In this document: in pieces, positions 18,549 through 26,857 of the stretch | How positions within the stretch are numbered: position 1 is the stretch's first letter | Layout of the letters: each line of letters begins with the position of its first letter | Origin: a virus | Taxonomy: Duplodnaviria > Caudoviricetes | IMG/VR virus record: IMGVR_UViG_3300030098_002385 | Coordinates: 1 to 62,941 of that record | Length of the DNA: 62,941 nucleotides | Direction: 5' to 3' (one strand) | Position numbers and translations under genes: made by a program | The notes under the pieces: model-generated | What the model saw: the letters and a program-made list of their open reading frames with translations, nothing else | Told to the model about the DNA's origin: nothing | Database searches by the model: none

Positions 18549-18617
18549 AAAGGTGTGTGTTACCGAACACTATGAGTAACTAAGTTAACAGGACATTTAA
18601 CTTATACACACACCTTT
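18549..18617 (-). terminator. Branched stem-loop with U-rich tail downstream of the amidoligase gene
   Basis: 12-bp perfect stem aaaggtgtgtgt/acacacaccttt with inner taagttaa/ttaactta. Confidence 0.55.
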
Positions 18618-18632
18618 CTAATTGAGCAGCGA

Positions 18633-19991
18633 TTAATCCTGCTTAAGGAACTTGTCTTTCCTCTTATTTATATATTCTAATAAGAACATACCGTCCTTAC
18701 CAAGACCTTCTGAGACTATGTCACGCAGAGTTACTCCACCTGATACTTCGTGTGGACGATGTCCATTTATCCACGCATTGTAAGATTCTATAATTTGTCT
18801 TGAATTATTTTCTACATACCTTACAAAGCACATACATATTAAAACCCAATTATAGATTTTCTCAAAGTCTTTTGAGCCACTATGACATCTAAATTCTATA
18901 GTGTCAGGACCAGTCTTTTCATAACTACAGTTGTTAAGGTTTAACCATTTATATCTAGAGGAACAATACCTACCGTATGGATGGTGACCTTTCTTGTTGT
19001 TACGAGAATCGAAATTAGAATCTTCTGCGTATACATATTCAGATAGAAGTTTAAGCATTCTTTTGTAAGTCCTTGGATACAACCTTTTGTTAACAGTTCT
19101 TAACTGATAAAACTTGTTAGGTATCTTTAGACAATAACTACTTTTACTTCTTGACTTGGGTAGCATAGAGAATATTTCATTTTCAAGCATGCTACCAAGC
19201 ATAATAGATAGTATACTAAATCTTCTATTGAAGTTAGCGCCACCTATGTGAACATGTATACCACAAGTAGAGTCCACGGTACAACCTGAGTCAGATATAC
19301 TTTTACATATATCCTGAAGTTGATTAACACCACTGTTACCTTTTAGGCAACCTGTAACATACTCCTTACCATCAATACTACCATCATGCACAGCTTTAAG
19401 GTTCAAATCTTTATTAAAATCCATATAACCATCGCATGTTTCTATTTCCACGCCAAAGGTGTACGGCATACCAAAGGTTTTATGAAGCTTTTTTTCATTC
19501 GTACCATTCCAAGTGTTATCCCATTCTGCACCGCCATCTCCATCTTCATCCTCATCCCAATCATCTTCGTGTATCCAATCTTCTCTGGCGTCTGAATATA
19601 TATAACCCATACGTTCTGCAATATATTCGGTCATAAAATACACATCATTATTGCTAGAGTATGAATAGTCAGCTCTTTCAGAAAACCAACCTTCTGAGCC
19701 TCGTTCATAGTAACCCCAAAGCATATTGTCAGTGAATCTATACACCTCATCATAGTGGTCAAACTCAATCTCAAAATCAGAATATTCATCTTCAGGGTAA
19801 TATTCCCCATTACAATCACAATATATAACTTCATCCTCATGCATCCAAAGACTGTCACAGTCACTACTAAGCATTACATAATCATCTTTATCTTTGTGAA
19901 CAAATCCACCGTTGTATAATTCATAACACTCATCTGCTGGATACCAATCACCACATACACATTCTTGCAATTCTTCTTTAATAGTACTCAT
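18633..19991 (-). CDS. Amidoligase (COOH-NH2 ligase family) with acidic Cys-containing N-terminus
   Basis: FGVEIE, HDGSI, E.VT, CGIHVHIG, RY.WLN, TIEFR. Confidence 0.85.
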   Translation of the reverse strand: MSTIKEELQECVCGDWYPADECYELYNGGFVHKDKDDYVMLSSDCDSLWMHEDEVIYCDCNGEYYPEDEYSDFEIEFDHYDEVYRFTDNMLWGYYERGSEGWFSERADYSYSSNNDVYFMTEYIAERMGYIYSDAREDWIHEDDWDEDEDGDGGAEWDNTWNGTNEKKLHKTFGMPYTFGVEIETCDGYMDFNKDLNLKAVHDGSIDGKEYVTGCLKGNSGVNQLQDICKSISDSGCTVDSTCGIHVHIGGANFNRRFSILSIMLGSMLENEIFSMLPKSRSKSSYCLKIPNKFYQLRTVNKRLYPRTYKRMLKLLSEYVYAEDSNFDSRNNKKGHHPYGRYCSSRYKWLNLNNCSYEKTGPDTIEFRCHSGSKDFEKIYNWVLICMCFVRYVENNSRQIIESYNAWINGHRPHEVSGGVTLRDIVSEGLGKDGMFLLEYINKRKDKFLKQD

Positions 19992-20880
19992 AAGCCATAG
20001 TGTTTAAATAGTTATACAATTCCATTAATTTTGTAGATTCTTCATCACTAAATCTATCAGTGCAATACAAATCGTGAACAAAGCTTGCGTGTTCATTGAT
20101 TTCGTCAAAATGTTCTTTGTCTAAATCATCATCATCTTCAAAGTGATAGTTATCGTATCTAAGTGAGTTGTTGTAATAGTTATAACTCTTACTAGAACCA
20201 TAACTTCTCCAATCAGTATTTATAGAAACTTCAGATTCAATAGGCTTGTGTTTGATTTTTCTTGTGTTAACAATTTTACCATCCTCAAGCGTATATAACA
20301 CATTTTCAGTGACTTCCACTATTTTACAGCCTTTACCACCAATAGTTTTTAGACCTTCTTTCAAAGAGCTGATGTATATACCATCTTCTGTTTTTACATA
20401 ATACAATGGGTTGTCTCTACGATACATATACAATTTATTGTCACCTTTTGTAAACAATACATTCTTTGCACCACCAAATAATCCTAAGTTGTTATCATCT
20501 TTTGTCTGTGAAAGAACTTTGAATATCATTTGAGAGTCAACGGTAGTTTTCTTGATGTTAAACTTCTTACCCACTTCTTTATAGTTTGATAGAACACCAT
20601 TGTGAGCGCCTATAATATTACCATATTGATAAGGGTGAGCGTTCTCAACAGTGTGTTCACCGTGAGTTGCATACCTTGTATGTCCAATAAGAACACTACC
20701 TGTTGTACTTGTTTTAAGCATAGGTAATATATTCATAGACTCTTCAACAGTCTTGTATATTTTACCATTTGCAAGTAACCCTGTAGAGTGCCCACCTCTA
20801 CTATCGTTATCTGCTAATAAATGTAAAGCTTTGAACACACTAGTGTTAGCCTTACCATTAAATCCTACTAATCCACACAT
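19978..20880 (-). CDS. Class II (Ntn) glutamine amidotransferase
   Basis: MCGLVG start, RGGHSTG, GHTRYAT.G, NAHPY, HNG, VDS. Confidence 0.92.
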   Translation of the reverse strand: MCGLVGFNGKANTSVFKALHLLADNDSRGGHSTGLLANGKIYKTVEESMNILPMLKTSTTGSVLIGHTRYATHGEHTVENAHPYQYGNIIGAHNGVLSNYKEVGKKFNIKKTTVDSQMIFKVLSQTKDDNNLGLFGGAKNVLFTKGDNKLYMYRRDNPLYYVKTEDGIYISSLKEGLKTIGGKGCKIVEVTENVLYTLEDGKIVNTRKIKHKPIESEVSINTDWRSYGSSKSYNYYNNSLRYDNYHFEDDDDLDKEHFDEINEHASFVHDLYCTDRFSDEESTKLMELYNYLNTMAYEYY

Positions 20881-21062
20881 TTTTTATATAATTTTTTAGT
20901 TAATAATTTTTCATCAGCAAAAGACTCTCCTTTACTGGTAACTTGATATGACACATCATCAGAGCAATGAAAGTAAAACCACTCAGGCTCCTCTAATATA
21001 TCATAGTAATCTTCAATAGCTTCCCAAGGAATACCATTGCGCATTTCATCATTTATTTTCAT
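20868..21062 (-). CDS. Hypothetical protein
   Basis: Overlaps both neighbours. Confidence 0.6.
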   Translation of the reverse strand: MKINDEMRNGIPWEAIEDYYDILEEPEWFYFHCSDDVSYQVTSKGESFADEKLLTKKLYKKCVD

Positions 21063-21585
21063 CTATATTATCTTTTAATATTTTTTTTGTAGCTTTTTTC
21101 ACAGCTTCTTCTTCAGCTATACGCCTTGAAAGCTCTCCATTAACTTTTGTTTGTATAGTAGTTAAGAAGTTTCTATGTACATCAGTTATATAATATTCAA
21201 GCGTATCTATTAAATTAAGAACAACCTCTTCTATTCTTCTATTTCTATCCCAACTATTAAAGTTTTTTATTAAAAGAGAGGCATAAATAGGAGAATTAGA
21301 TGTACAGTCTTTTAGGTTGGCTTTTATTGGAGGTGTTTCAACACCTTCTACAAAAGTTTTAAACAATTTATATATTTCATAACATTCAACATGAGCAGTA
21401 CCTGTAATAGTTTTAGGTCTATAGTTTTTATCAATAACTACAGCTTTATTATTAGCTAAGTCTTCAATTTGATATATAGTTTCTTGTACATCTTTTTCTT
21501 GGTACATAGAGCTACTGTCTATAGTTTTTCTGTATTCTTTTAAAGCTTCTATAAGAGTAGCGTGTCGTAATTCTTCTTTTGACAT
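21049..21585 (-). CDS. Hypothetical protein
   Basis: 178-aa ORF with A/T-rich leader. Confidence 0.7.
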   Translation of the reverse strand: MSKEELRHATLIEALKEYRKTIDSSSMYQEKDVQETIYQIEDLANNKAVVIDKNYRPKTITGTAHVECYEIYKLFKTFVEGVETPPIKANLKDCTSNSPIYASLLIKNFNSWDRNRRIEEVVLNLIDTLEYYITDVHRNFLTTIQTKVNGELSRRIAEEEAVKKATKKILKDNIDENK

Positions 21586-21618
21586 AATTTTAAATTTTAA
21601 ATTTTAATAATAAGTTAA

Positions 21619-21696
21619 CTAACAACCTAAGAACATAAAGATTAATACAAGTAATCCAAATGCCACGAAGGAGGCTTCAATAATATTCATTTCCAT
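21619..21696 (-). CDS. Putative 25-aa single-TM peptide
   Basis: MEMNIIEASFVAFGLLVLIFMFLGC. Confidence 0.35.
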   Translation of the reverse strand: MEMNIIEASFVAFGLLVLIFMFLGC

Positions 21697-21713
21697 TCTA
21701 TAAAGTTTTAAGT

Positions 21714-21737
21714 AAAAAGGGGTAGATAAGTACCCCT
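21714..21737 (-). terminator. Intrinsic terminator-like hairpin
   Basis: aggggta-gataag-tacccct with T tract on the minus strand. Confidence 0.55.
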
Positions 21738-21811
21738 AATAATTATGTGTAAAAACTGACTGTTAAGTCACCATACTTACCTATGGCTCGCTATGAACGT
21801 TTAATAATAAA

Positions 21812-21890
21812 AGAGAGGCTCTCACGTGCTTAGCTGCAGCTTACACGTACGTCTGAGTGAATAACCGCTACTTACGACGAGCACCTCTCT
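21812..21890. ncRNA. Candidate structured RNA (branched), strand uncertain
   Basis: agagagg/cctctct closing stem with inner acgtg/cacgt and gtc/gac arms; GC-rich in AT-rich context. Confidence 0.35.
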
Positions 21891-21900
21891 AAAAAGTTTA

Positions 21901-21986
21901 ATAAGGAATTGGCTACAGGCTAGTATTATGAAATATTAACCTGACTAACAAAAAAAATGAACCAACCTGTAACCTAATATCCTTAT
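21901..21986 (-). other. Long RNA hairpin with G-U pairs on the minus strand
   Basis: gguuacagguuggu pairs fully with acuagccuguagcc only when read on the minus strand; outer auaagga/uccuuau. Confidence 0.5.
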
Positions 21987-21987
21987 C

Positions 21988-22209
21988 TTATACTAATTCG
22001 TATGACGCTACTGAGTACACGTGCATACCTTCTTCAATAAGACGTTCTTCGTCTATTGATAATCTGTCTAATATTGATTGTAACGCAAGAATAGCGTCAT
22101 GAGCGTTTAGATATAATTTATTGTCTAATATTTTATCGTCTTTCATATCATCATCTATACTTATTCTGTACAAATGATTAGTAAATTGTATAGCAAATAC
22201 TGTATTCAT
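21988..22209 (-). CDS. Hypothetical protein
   Basis: Likely start MNTVFAIQF at 22209. Confidence 0.55.
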   Translation of the reverse strand: MNTVFAIQFTNHLYRISIDDDMKDDKILDNKLYLNAHDAILALQSILDRLSIDEERLIEEGMHVYSVASYELV

Positions 22210-22289
22210 AATAATTATTTTTTTAGTTAAACAAAGGCAAAGCAGAACCAAAAAACAAAATAACAATAATTGGAAAATTACCGCGCATA

Positions 22290-22300
22290 ATGATAGTGAA
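22290..22300 (-). promoter_or_regulatory. Motif copy TTCACTATCAT
   Basis: Intergenic, ~80 nt upstream of 22209. Confidence 0.45.
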
Positions 22301-22383
22301 TTCTTTGGGACGGCAATAATTTAGCCGTAATGTAGTGAAGGATAAATACATAAATCGTTCCGTAAGGAACAACCTTGTTGAAA

Positions 22384-22405
22384 TAAAGGGAGACAAGTGT
22401 CCCCC
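22384..22405 (-). terminator. Intrinsic terminator-like hairpin after 22422-22991
   Basis: Minus strand ggggacacttgtctccc followed by tttattt. Confidence 0.5.
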
Positions 22406-22421
22406 AATATTCAATATGTAA

Positions 22422-22991
22422 TTACTCTGGCAAAGCGTCTGTGCTAGTAGTAGCTGTGACAATCTTTTCGTTGTAATACTTAGTATCTACGAAGTTGATT
22501 TGTCCATTGTTACGCTTGTATTGAGCAAATTGTATAGGCACGCCACTGGCAATAGATTCCCAGAAGTTACTAGGAGTATAGCCGTTGGTTTTGATAATGC
22601 TGTATAGAGCCTTTGATTTGTCAAGAGGACTACCATCTTTGTGAGCATTAATCATTTCTTTGACCAAGTCATCAGATGTAGTGTTACGGAATATCATAGT
22701 ATAATATACCATTCTGTTATCATCTTTTGTAGTTGATGCAAAGTTCATTGCAAAGCATGGTAGTTTAGTATCAGTCCATTCGTTGTTGATTAATTTTCTG
22801 TTGACCAGAATAATATTAGCAGCGTCAAAGGATTGAGCAGGTGAACCATCTTTCATATGAAACCTAAAAGTAGGCTTGACAGACACCAAAGAACCTTCTT
22901 TGATACCTGGCGTTCTGTCTAAGTAATTGATTTGTAAGTTGTCGCTTACACCTTTAGTTTTTTCAGTAAGCGAAGTTAATAGTGTTGACAT
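22422..22991 (-). CDS. Hypothetical early protein
   Basis: 189-aa ORF, no recognised motif. Confidence 0.7.
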   Translation of the reverse strand: MSTLLTSLTEKTKGVSDNLQINYLDRTPGIKEGSLVSVKPTFRFHMKDGSPAQSFDAANIILVNRKLINNEWTDTKLPCFAMNFASTTKDDNRMVYYTMIFRNTTSDDLVKEMINAHKDGSPLDKSKALYSIIKTNGYTPSNFWESIASGVPIQFAQYKRNNGQINFVDTKYYNEKIVTATTSTDALPE

Positions 22992-23036
22992 AATATTTAC
23001 ATTTAATAATAATACTCGTTACAGGTGAGTACAAAC

Positions 23037-23153
23037 CTATTTGTATAAACCATTTTTAGTTTTACCATTGCTACCCCAACAAGCGTTCATATTAGATGAA
23101 GCACAAGATGTGAGCAATAGAGCACATAGTAATAGTAGTAATAACTTTTTCAT
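23037..23153 (-). CDS. Small lipoprotein (38 aa, not in ORF track)
   Basis: MKKLLLLLLCALLLTSCASSNMNACWGSNGKTKNGLYK; lipobox LTSC. Confidence 0.65.
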   Translation of the reverse strand: MKKLLLLLLCALLLTSCASSNMNACWGSNGKTKNGLYK

Positions 23154-23239
23154 TTTTTTGTTTTTTTTACAGGATACTTGACATAACCATAGTCACGCAG
23201 TTGTTGTATTTCGTATTCTGTATACAGTGATTTGTCCAT
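23150..23239 (-). CDS. Putative 29-aa peptide
   Basis: MDKSLYTEYEIQQLRDYGYVKYPVKKTKK; ATGA overlap with the lipoprotein gene. Confidence 0.4.
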   Translation of the reverse strand: MDKSLYTEYEIQQLRDYGYVKYPVKKTKK

Positions 23240-23346
23240 AGTATAATAATTTGGCACTATACTTGAGGTGATAGTGATTAACCTTAGATTATAGTTTATC
23301 CACATCTCGGTGTCTTCAGTTGTTATTTAGGCTACTGACCAATCCT

Positions 23347-23487
23347 TTAGATAATATGTGTTACAGCATAACCAACACAACCAATGATGAATGTGAGGAA
23401 TAATACTGATAGCAATAATATTGTAACATATTTACTTGTGATGGCGTCAAGGAACTTACCTGACAACCTTTCTAGTTTTTGTAGCAT
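23347..23487 (-). CDS. Small membrane protein
   Basis: Likely start MLQKLERL; C-terminal TM helix. Confidence 0.5.
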   Translation of the reverse strand: MLQKLERLSGKFLDAITSKYVTILLLSVLFLTFIIGCVGYAVTHII

Positions 23488-23757
23488 AGCAAAAGATTTT
23501 AATAATACGATATAAAATAACAAAACATACATAACACCCAAATAGTATACGCATAGATATTACACACAAACGACACTTGACAATGTCAAAAATATTTCGT
23601 AACTTGGGCGGGAGTGGGACAACAAGTACATATAAACCACGCAAATCACCTAAACAATATACAATACAATATACACTACGAAACTACACTAGACACACAT
23701 TGTGAATATAGTGGAATAATGTGGTTCGTTAGAACGCAGATATACTTATCTACATAG

Positions 23758-23770
23758 ATGATAGTGAACA
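23758..23770 (-). promoter_or_regulatory. Motif copy TGTTCACTATCAT at the head of the leftward arm
   Basis: Identical to 18522-18534. Confidence 0.5.
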
Positions 23771-23948
23771 TCCTAGTTAGTTAATACAATATATAATAAC
23801 AATATTAACAATCCTTTTTACAGAGCTGTGAAGTATTTTGTTTTTAGTGTACGGTAGCTCGAAGAATGAGAGAGGGTGGGGCTATAACAGTATAAAGGTC
23901 CATACAACCGTTTGTATATTAAAAAAAAATATAAAAAAAATTTTTTCG

Positions 23949-23956
23949 TAGTTTTG
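23949..23956 (+). promoter_or_regulatory. -7 element TAGTTTTG
   Basis: TAnnTTTG 4 nt before ATG 23961. Confidence 0.6.
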
Positions 23957-23960
23957 TAGA

Positions 23961-24311
23961 ATGGAAAAATATGTATATTTCAGAACTGTATCTGACGTGG
24001 CTGATGATGATGACCAAACCTCTTCTTGTTTATTTCCTTTAAGTAGTTTTATGGGTGGTTATACTGTAACCGCAAATTTGGTAGTATTACATTTTAAATG
24101 TATGCACGACTTTAGAACAAATTCTGCTTCTAGTAGGGATAATGTGGTATTAACTACAACAAGTGGTTCAGCTGGCTCTGTGTTTGAATCTATTATGAAA
24201 GAGTTTTCTACAGGTGAAAATTATTTTATAGAGATAGCAGATGATGTAAGTGGTAAATATACTACATCAGGAATTAGTAATGTTTTATCAATAACTGTTC
24301 AAATAGTTTAA
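23961..24311 (+). CDS. Hypothetical protein, paralog family C
   Basis: MEKY..F...PLSSF.G...LHF...KEFSTGE. Confidence 0.65.
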   Translation: MEKYVYFRTVSDVADDDDQTSSCLFPLSSFMGGYTVTANLVVLHFKCMHDFRTNSASSRDNVVLTTTSGSAGSVFESIMKEFSTGENYFIEIADDVSGKYTTSGISNVLSITVQIV

Positions 24312-25051
24312 TGGAAAAATATATAAAATTAAATAAAAGCTCTACAGATTCTCAAACAGAAGGTTATTTAATATTACCATTAAATAATTTTACTGGTTCA
24401 AATCCCTCTGCTGATAATAAGTTATTGTTGTATTTTGTACCTATGGCAATAAATACAAGAAATTCTGGTGTAGACAATTTTGAGGTAGAGCTTACTATTA
24501 CCAACAACAAACACAAAGAAGTATTAGAAGATTTAACAAAAGAATTTGCTACAGGTGAGGAGATATATATAGATTTTGATAATGAAACATCTACATTTCC
24601 ATCGTCAGACATATCAGCTGTAGACTGGACTTTTAGTCTAAAATGTGTTTATGATAATGGTTGGCATGGTAGTATACAAAAAATAAAAATACTACCAAGA
24701 GATTTTATAGCAGATGATGTGGGTAGGCCTGTAATGATAGATGATACAGGTAGTGACAGGTGGGTGGAGTCTTTTTCAACCTCTCCACTATATGCCTCTG
24801 TACCTATACCATTTGGATTTAAAGCCACTGGTGTTACAATATATGGTAGCGCAACATCTGCTGTTACAGTATATGAGGCAGATATAGACAGTAAAACAGT
24901 TACAAGTAAAGGTACAGGAAATATAGGCACAACAATAAGTATTACAGAGGTCACTGCAGATATCACAAATTATTTATTAATAGAATTAGCACAGGCAAAT
25001 GGAGAGGAAGTATACGGAGGAGTTGTAACTATAGCCGCAGTATATGCTTAG
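24311..25051 (+). CDS. Family C domain plus C-terminal beta-rich domain
   Basis: MEKY...PLNNFTG...LYF...KEFATGE; second half YASVPIPFGFKATGV. Confidence 0.65.
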   Translation: MEKYIKLNKSSTDSQTEGYLILPLNNFTGSNPSADNKLLLYFVPMAINTRNSGVDNFEVELTITNNKHKEVLEDLTKEFATGEEIYIDFDNETSTFPSSDISAVDWTFSLKCVYDNGWHGSIQKIKILPRDFIADDVGRPVMIDDTGSDRWVESFSTSPLYASVPIPFGFKATGVTIYGSATSAVTVYEADIDSKTVTSKGTGNIGTTISITEVTADITNYLLIELAQANGEEVYGGVVTIAAVYA

Positions 25052-25135
25052 TGGGTGGTATAAAAAAATTTTAAAACGCTTGCGCGTTTGGATAAAGAAA
25101 CACATTATAGATGACGCGCCGACAAATTTAGATAT

Positions 25136-25495
25136 ATGAAACTAGATAAATACAATTATAACGTAGAAATAAGTCGTGTGGTAGATGGCGACACAGTAGA
25201 TGTAATGATAGACTTGGGCTTTGACACGCATATTAAAAGACGTGTTCGTATGCACGGAATTAATGCGCCAGAGTCTAGAACAAGAGATTTAGAAGAAAAA
25301 AAGAAAGGTTTGGCTACAAAAGAAAGATTAAAAGAAATACTTGCTAGCGATAAGATTATTATGAAGTCTCACGGAAAAGGTAAGTTTGGTAGAGTGTTAG
25401 GTGAGTTATTTGTAGAAAAAGACCAAGAAATAAGTGTAAATCAAATATTAGTTAGAGAGGGGCATGCGGTAGAATATTTTGGCGGAAAACGTTAA
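25136..25495 (+). CDS. Thermonuclease (SNase-like)
   Basis: RVVDGDTVD, RVRMHGINAPE, GKFGRVLG. Confidence 0.9.
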   Translation: MKLDKYNYNVEISRVVDGDTVDVMIDLGFDTHIKRRVRMHGINAPESRTRDLEEKKKGLATKERLKEILASDKIIMKSHGKGKFGRVLGELFVEKDQEISVNQILVREGHAVEYFGGKR

Positions 25496-25544
25496 AATTA
25501 TAATTCGTATATTTATAGTTCTTTTCTAATTCAGTTTTCATGGT

Positions 25545-25575
25545 TGGGAGGTCTATATGGCCTCCTATTTTTTTT
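25545..25575 (+). terminator. Intrinsic terminator
   Basis: tgggaggtc-tatat-ggcctccta followed by T8. Confidence 0.7.
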
Positions 25576-25577
25576 AT

Positions 25578-25585
25578 TATATTTG
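25578..25585 (+). promoter_or_regulatory. -7 element TATATTTG
   Basis: 4 nt before ATG 25590. Confidence 0.55.
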
Positions 25586-25589
25586 TAAA

Positions 25590-25892
25590 ATGGAAAGATA
25601 TGTCTTTTTTCAGAATTCCGCTTCAGATTATATGCTGTTACCAGTTAGTAGTTTTGTGGGAGGGAAGTATTCTTCAAGTACACTTATAAATTTGTATTTT
25701 GAGAAAGCTCCTTTTTCTTATAAAGTCCCCCTAACAGTTGGCACATATAAGGGAGATGAGGTATTAAAAACAATAGGAAAGTTATTTAGTAGCTCTGTAG
25801 ACCCTATTATTGTATTTTCTGACACAGAAGAAAGGTTTGATGTTAATAATGTAACAGCTGTAGGAACTTTTAGTAAAATTGTTGTTAAATGA
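25590..25892 (+). CDS. Hypothetical protein, paralog family C
   Basis: MERYVFF...LPVSSFVG...LYFE. Confidence 0.65.
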   Translation: MERYVFFQNSASDYMLLPVSSFVGGKYSSSTLINLYFEKAPFSYKVPLTVGTYKGDEVLKTIGKLFSSSVDPIIVFSDTEERFDVNNVTAVGTFSKIVVK

Positions 25893-26533
25893 AAAATTAT
25901 AATGCTATTTTTGTTTGTTACGAATCTATTAATATAGGTTTTATTAATCCATTTTCTACACCTAATACTCCAAATTTAGATAACACTAATTTCACTGAAA
26001 GGCCTTCTTATGTAGATTTTTCTACATTAAAATTAAAAAGAGGTGACCAAATATATTATAACAAAAAATTAAGAGATAGTGTAACTGGAGAAAAGCAAAA
26101 ACAAACTACACCAACTGTTATAGGTATTGTTAATGGAGAGCCAACAGCTTCTAGAATTGTTTTAGGCGCTAATGTCGGTCAAGATGTATATGATGATTTT
26201 TTAAATGGTGGAATAAAAGTTTACGCTGTAAGAAGAAAAAGTACAAGTGGCAGAAAAATATATTCTTATCCAATTAAAAATTATATAGGAGCTTGTGATT
26301 ACACAAGTTCTATAATATCTTTATTTTTTGAAAGAACAGCAGGTAAGATAGATGAGGTTAGATTAGATGTTCCTAAAGGAGGTGCTTATCAAGCTATTAT
26401 AGCTGTAAATAAAGCTTTTTATTCGGAAAGTAAGGGTGATATAATTTTTGATAATTCTGGTAGTACAACAGAAAGTAGTAAAATTGTATCAGTTAACAAA
26501 GTTATTTCAACTATAGCACAAAACAGAAATTAG
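25889..26533 (+). CDS. Hypothetical protein with a C-terminal family C-like domain
   Basis: YPIKNYIG...SLFFE...DEVRL. Confidence 0.6.
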   Translation: MKNYNAIFVCYESINIGFINPFSTPNTPNLDNTNFTERPSYVDFSTLKLKRGDQIYYNKKLRDSVTGEKQKQTTPTVIGIVNGEPTASRIVLGANVGQDVYDDFLNGGIKVYAVRRKSTSGRKIYSYPIKNYIGACDYTSSIISLFFERTAGKIDEVRLDVPKGGAYQAIIAVNKAFYSESKGDIIFDNSGSTTESSKIVSVNKVISTIAQNRN

Positions 26534-26551
26534 CATGTTATTAAAATTTCA

Positions 26552-26559
26552 TATCTTTG
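26552..26559 (+). promoter_or_regulatory. -7 element TATCTTTG
   Basis: 4 nt before ATG 26564. Confidence 0.55.
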
Positions 26560-26563
26560 AAGA

Positions 26564-26857
26564 ATGTTAGAGCAAAAAACCAAATACGGTCGTATAAACA
26601 AATCTTTTAAAGGTGATTTATACCACGAAACTTTTTTTAAAAACTTTGAATCTATTCCAAAAAAAGAGGAAAAGATAGTAATGAATTTAATAGATAAAGG
26701 TTATAAAATAGAAGATAAAAAAATATTTTATGTAGGTGGAGGGCAATATCAGGGAGTAGAAACATTTTTAAATTACGACACAGGTGATTATGTTTCAGAA
26801 AAATACACTTATATAGAGCATGGGGTTTGGAAATTAAAATTTAAAATAAAAAAATAA
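26564..26857 (+). CDS. Hypothetical protein
   Basis: 97 aa; TAATG overlap with next gene. Confidence 0.65.
   Translation: MLEQKTKYGRINKSFKGDLYHETFFKNFESIPKKEEKIVMNLIDKGYKIEDKKIFYVGGGQYQGVETFLNYDTGDYVSEKYTYIEHGVWKLKFKIKK

Noticed and set aside
21812-21890. tRNA or hammerhead ribozyme
   Set aside because: No cloverleaf with T-loop consensus; ctgagtga does not match CUGAnGA and there is no GAAA partner.
22223-23644. ORFs 22223-22462 and 23456-23644 and long upstream extensions of neighbouring ORFs
   Set aside because: They start at non-ATG codons, cross terminator or motif sites, and better ATG starts exist downstream.
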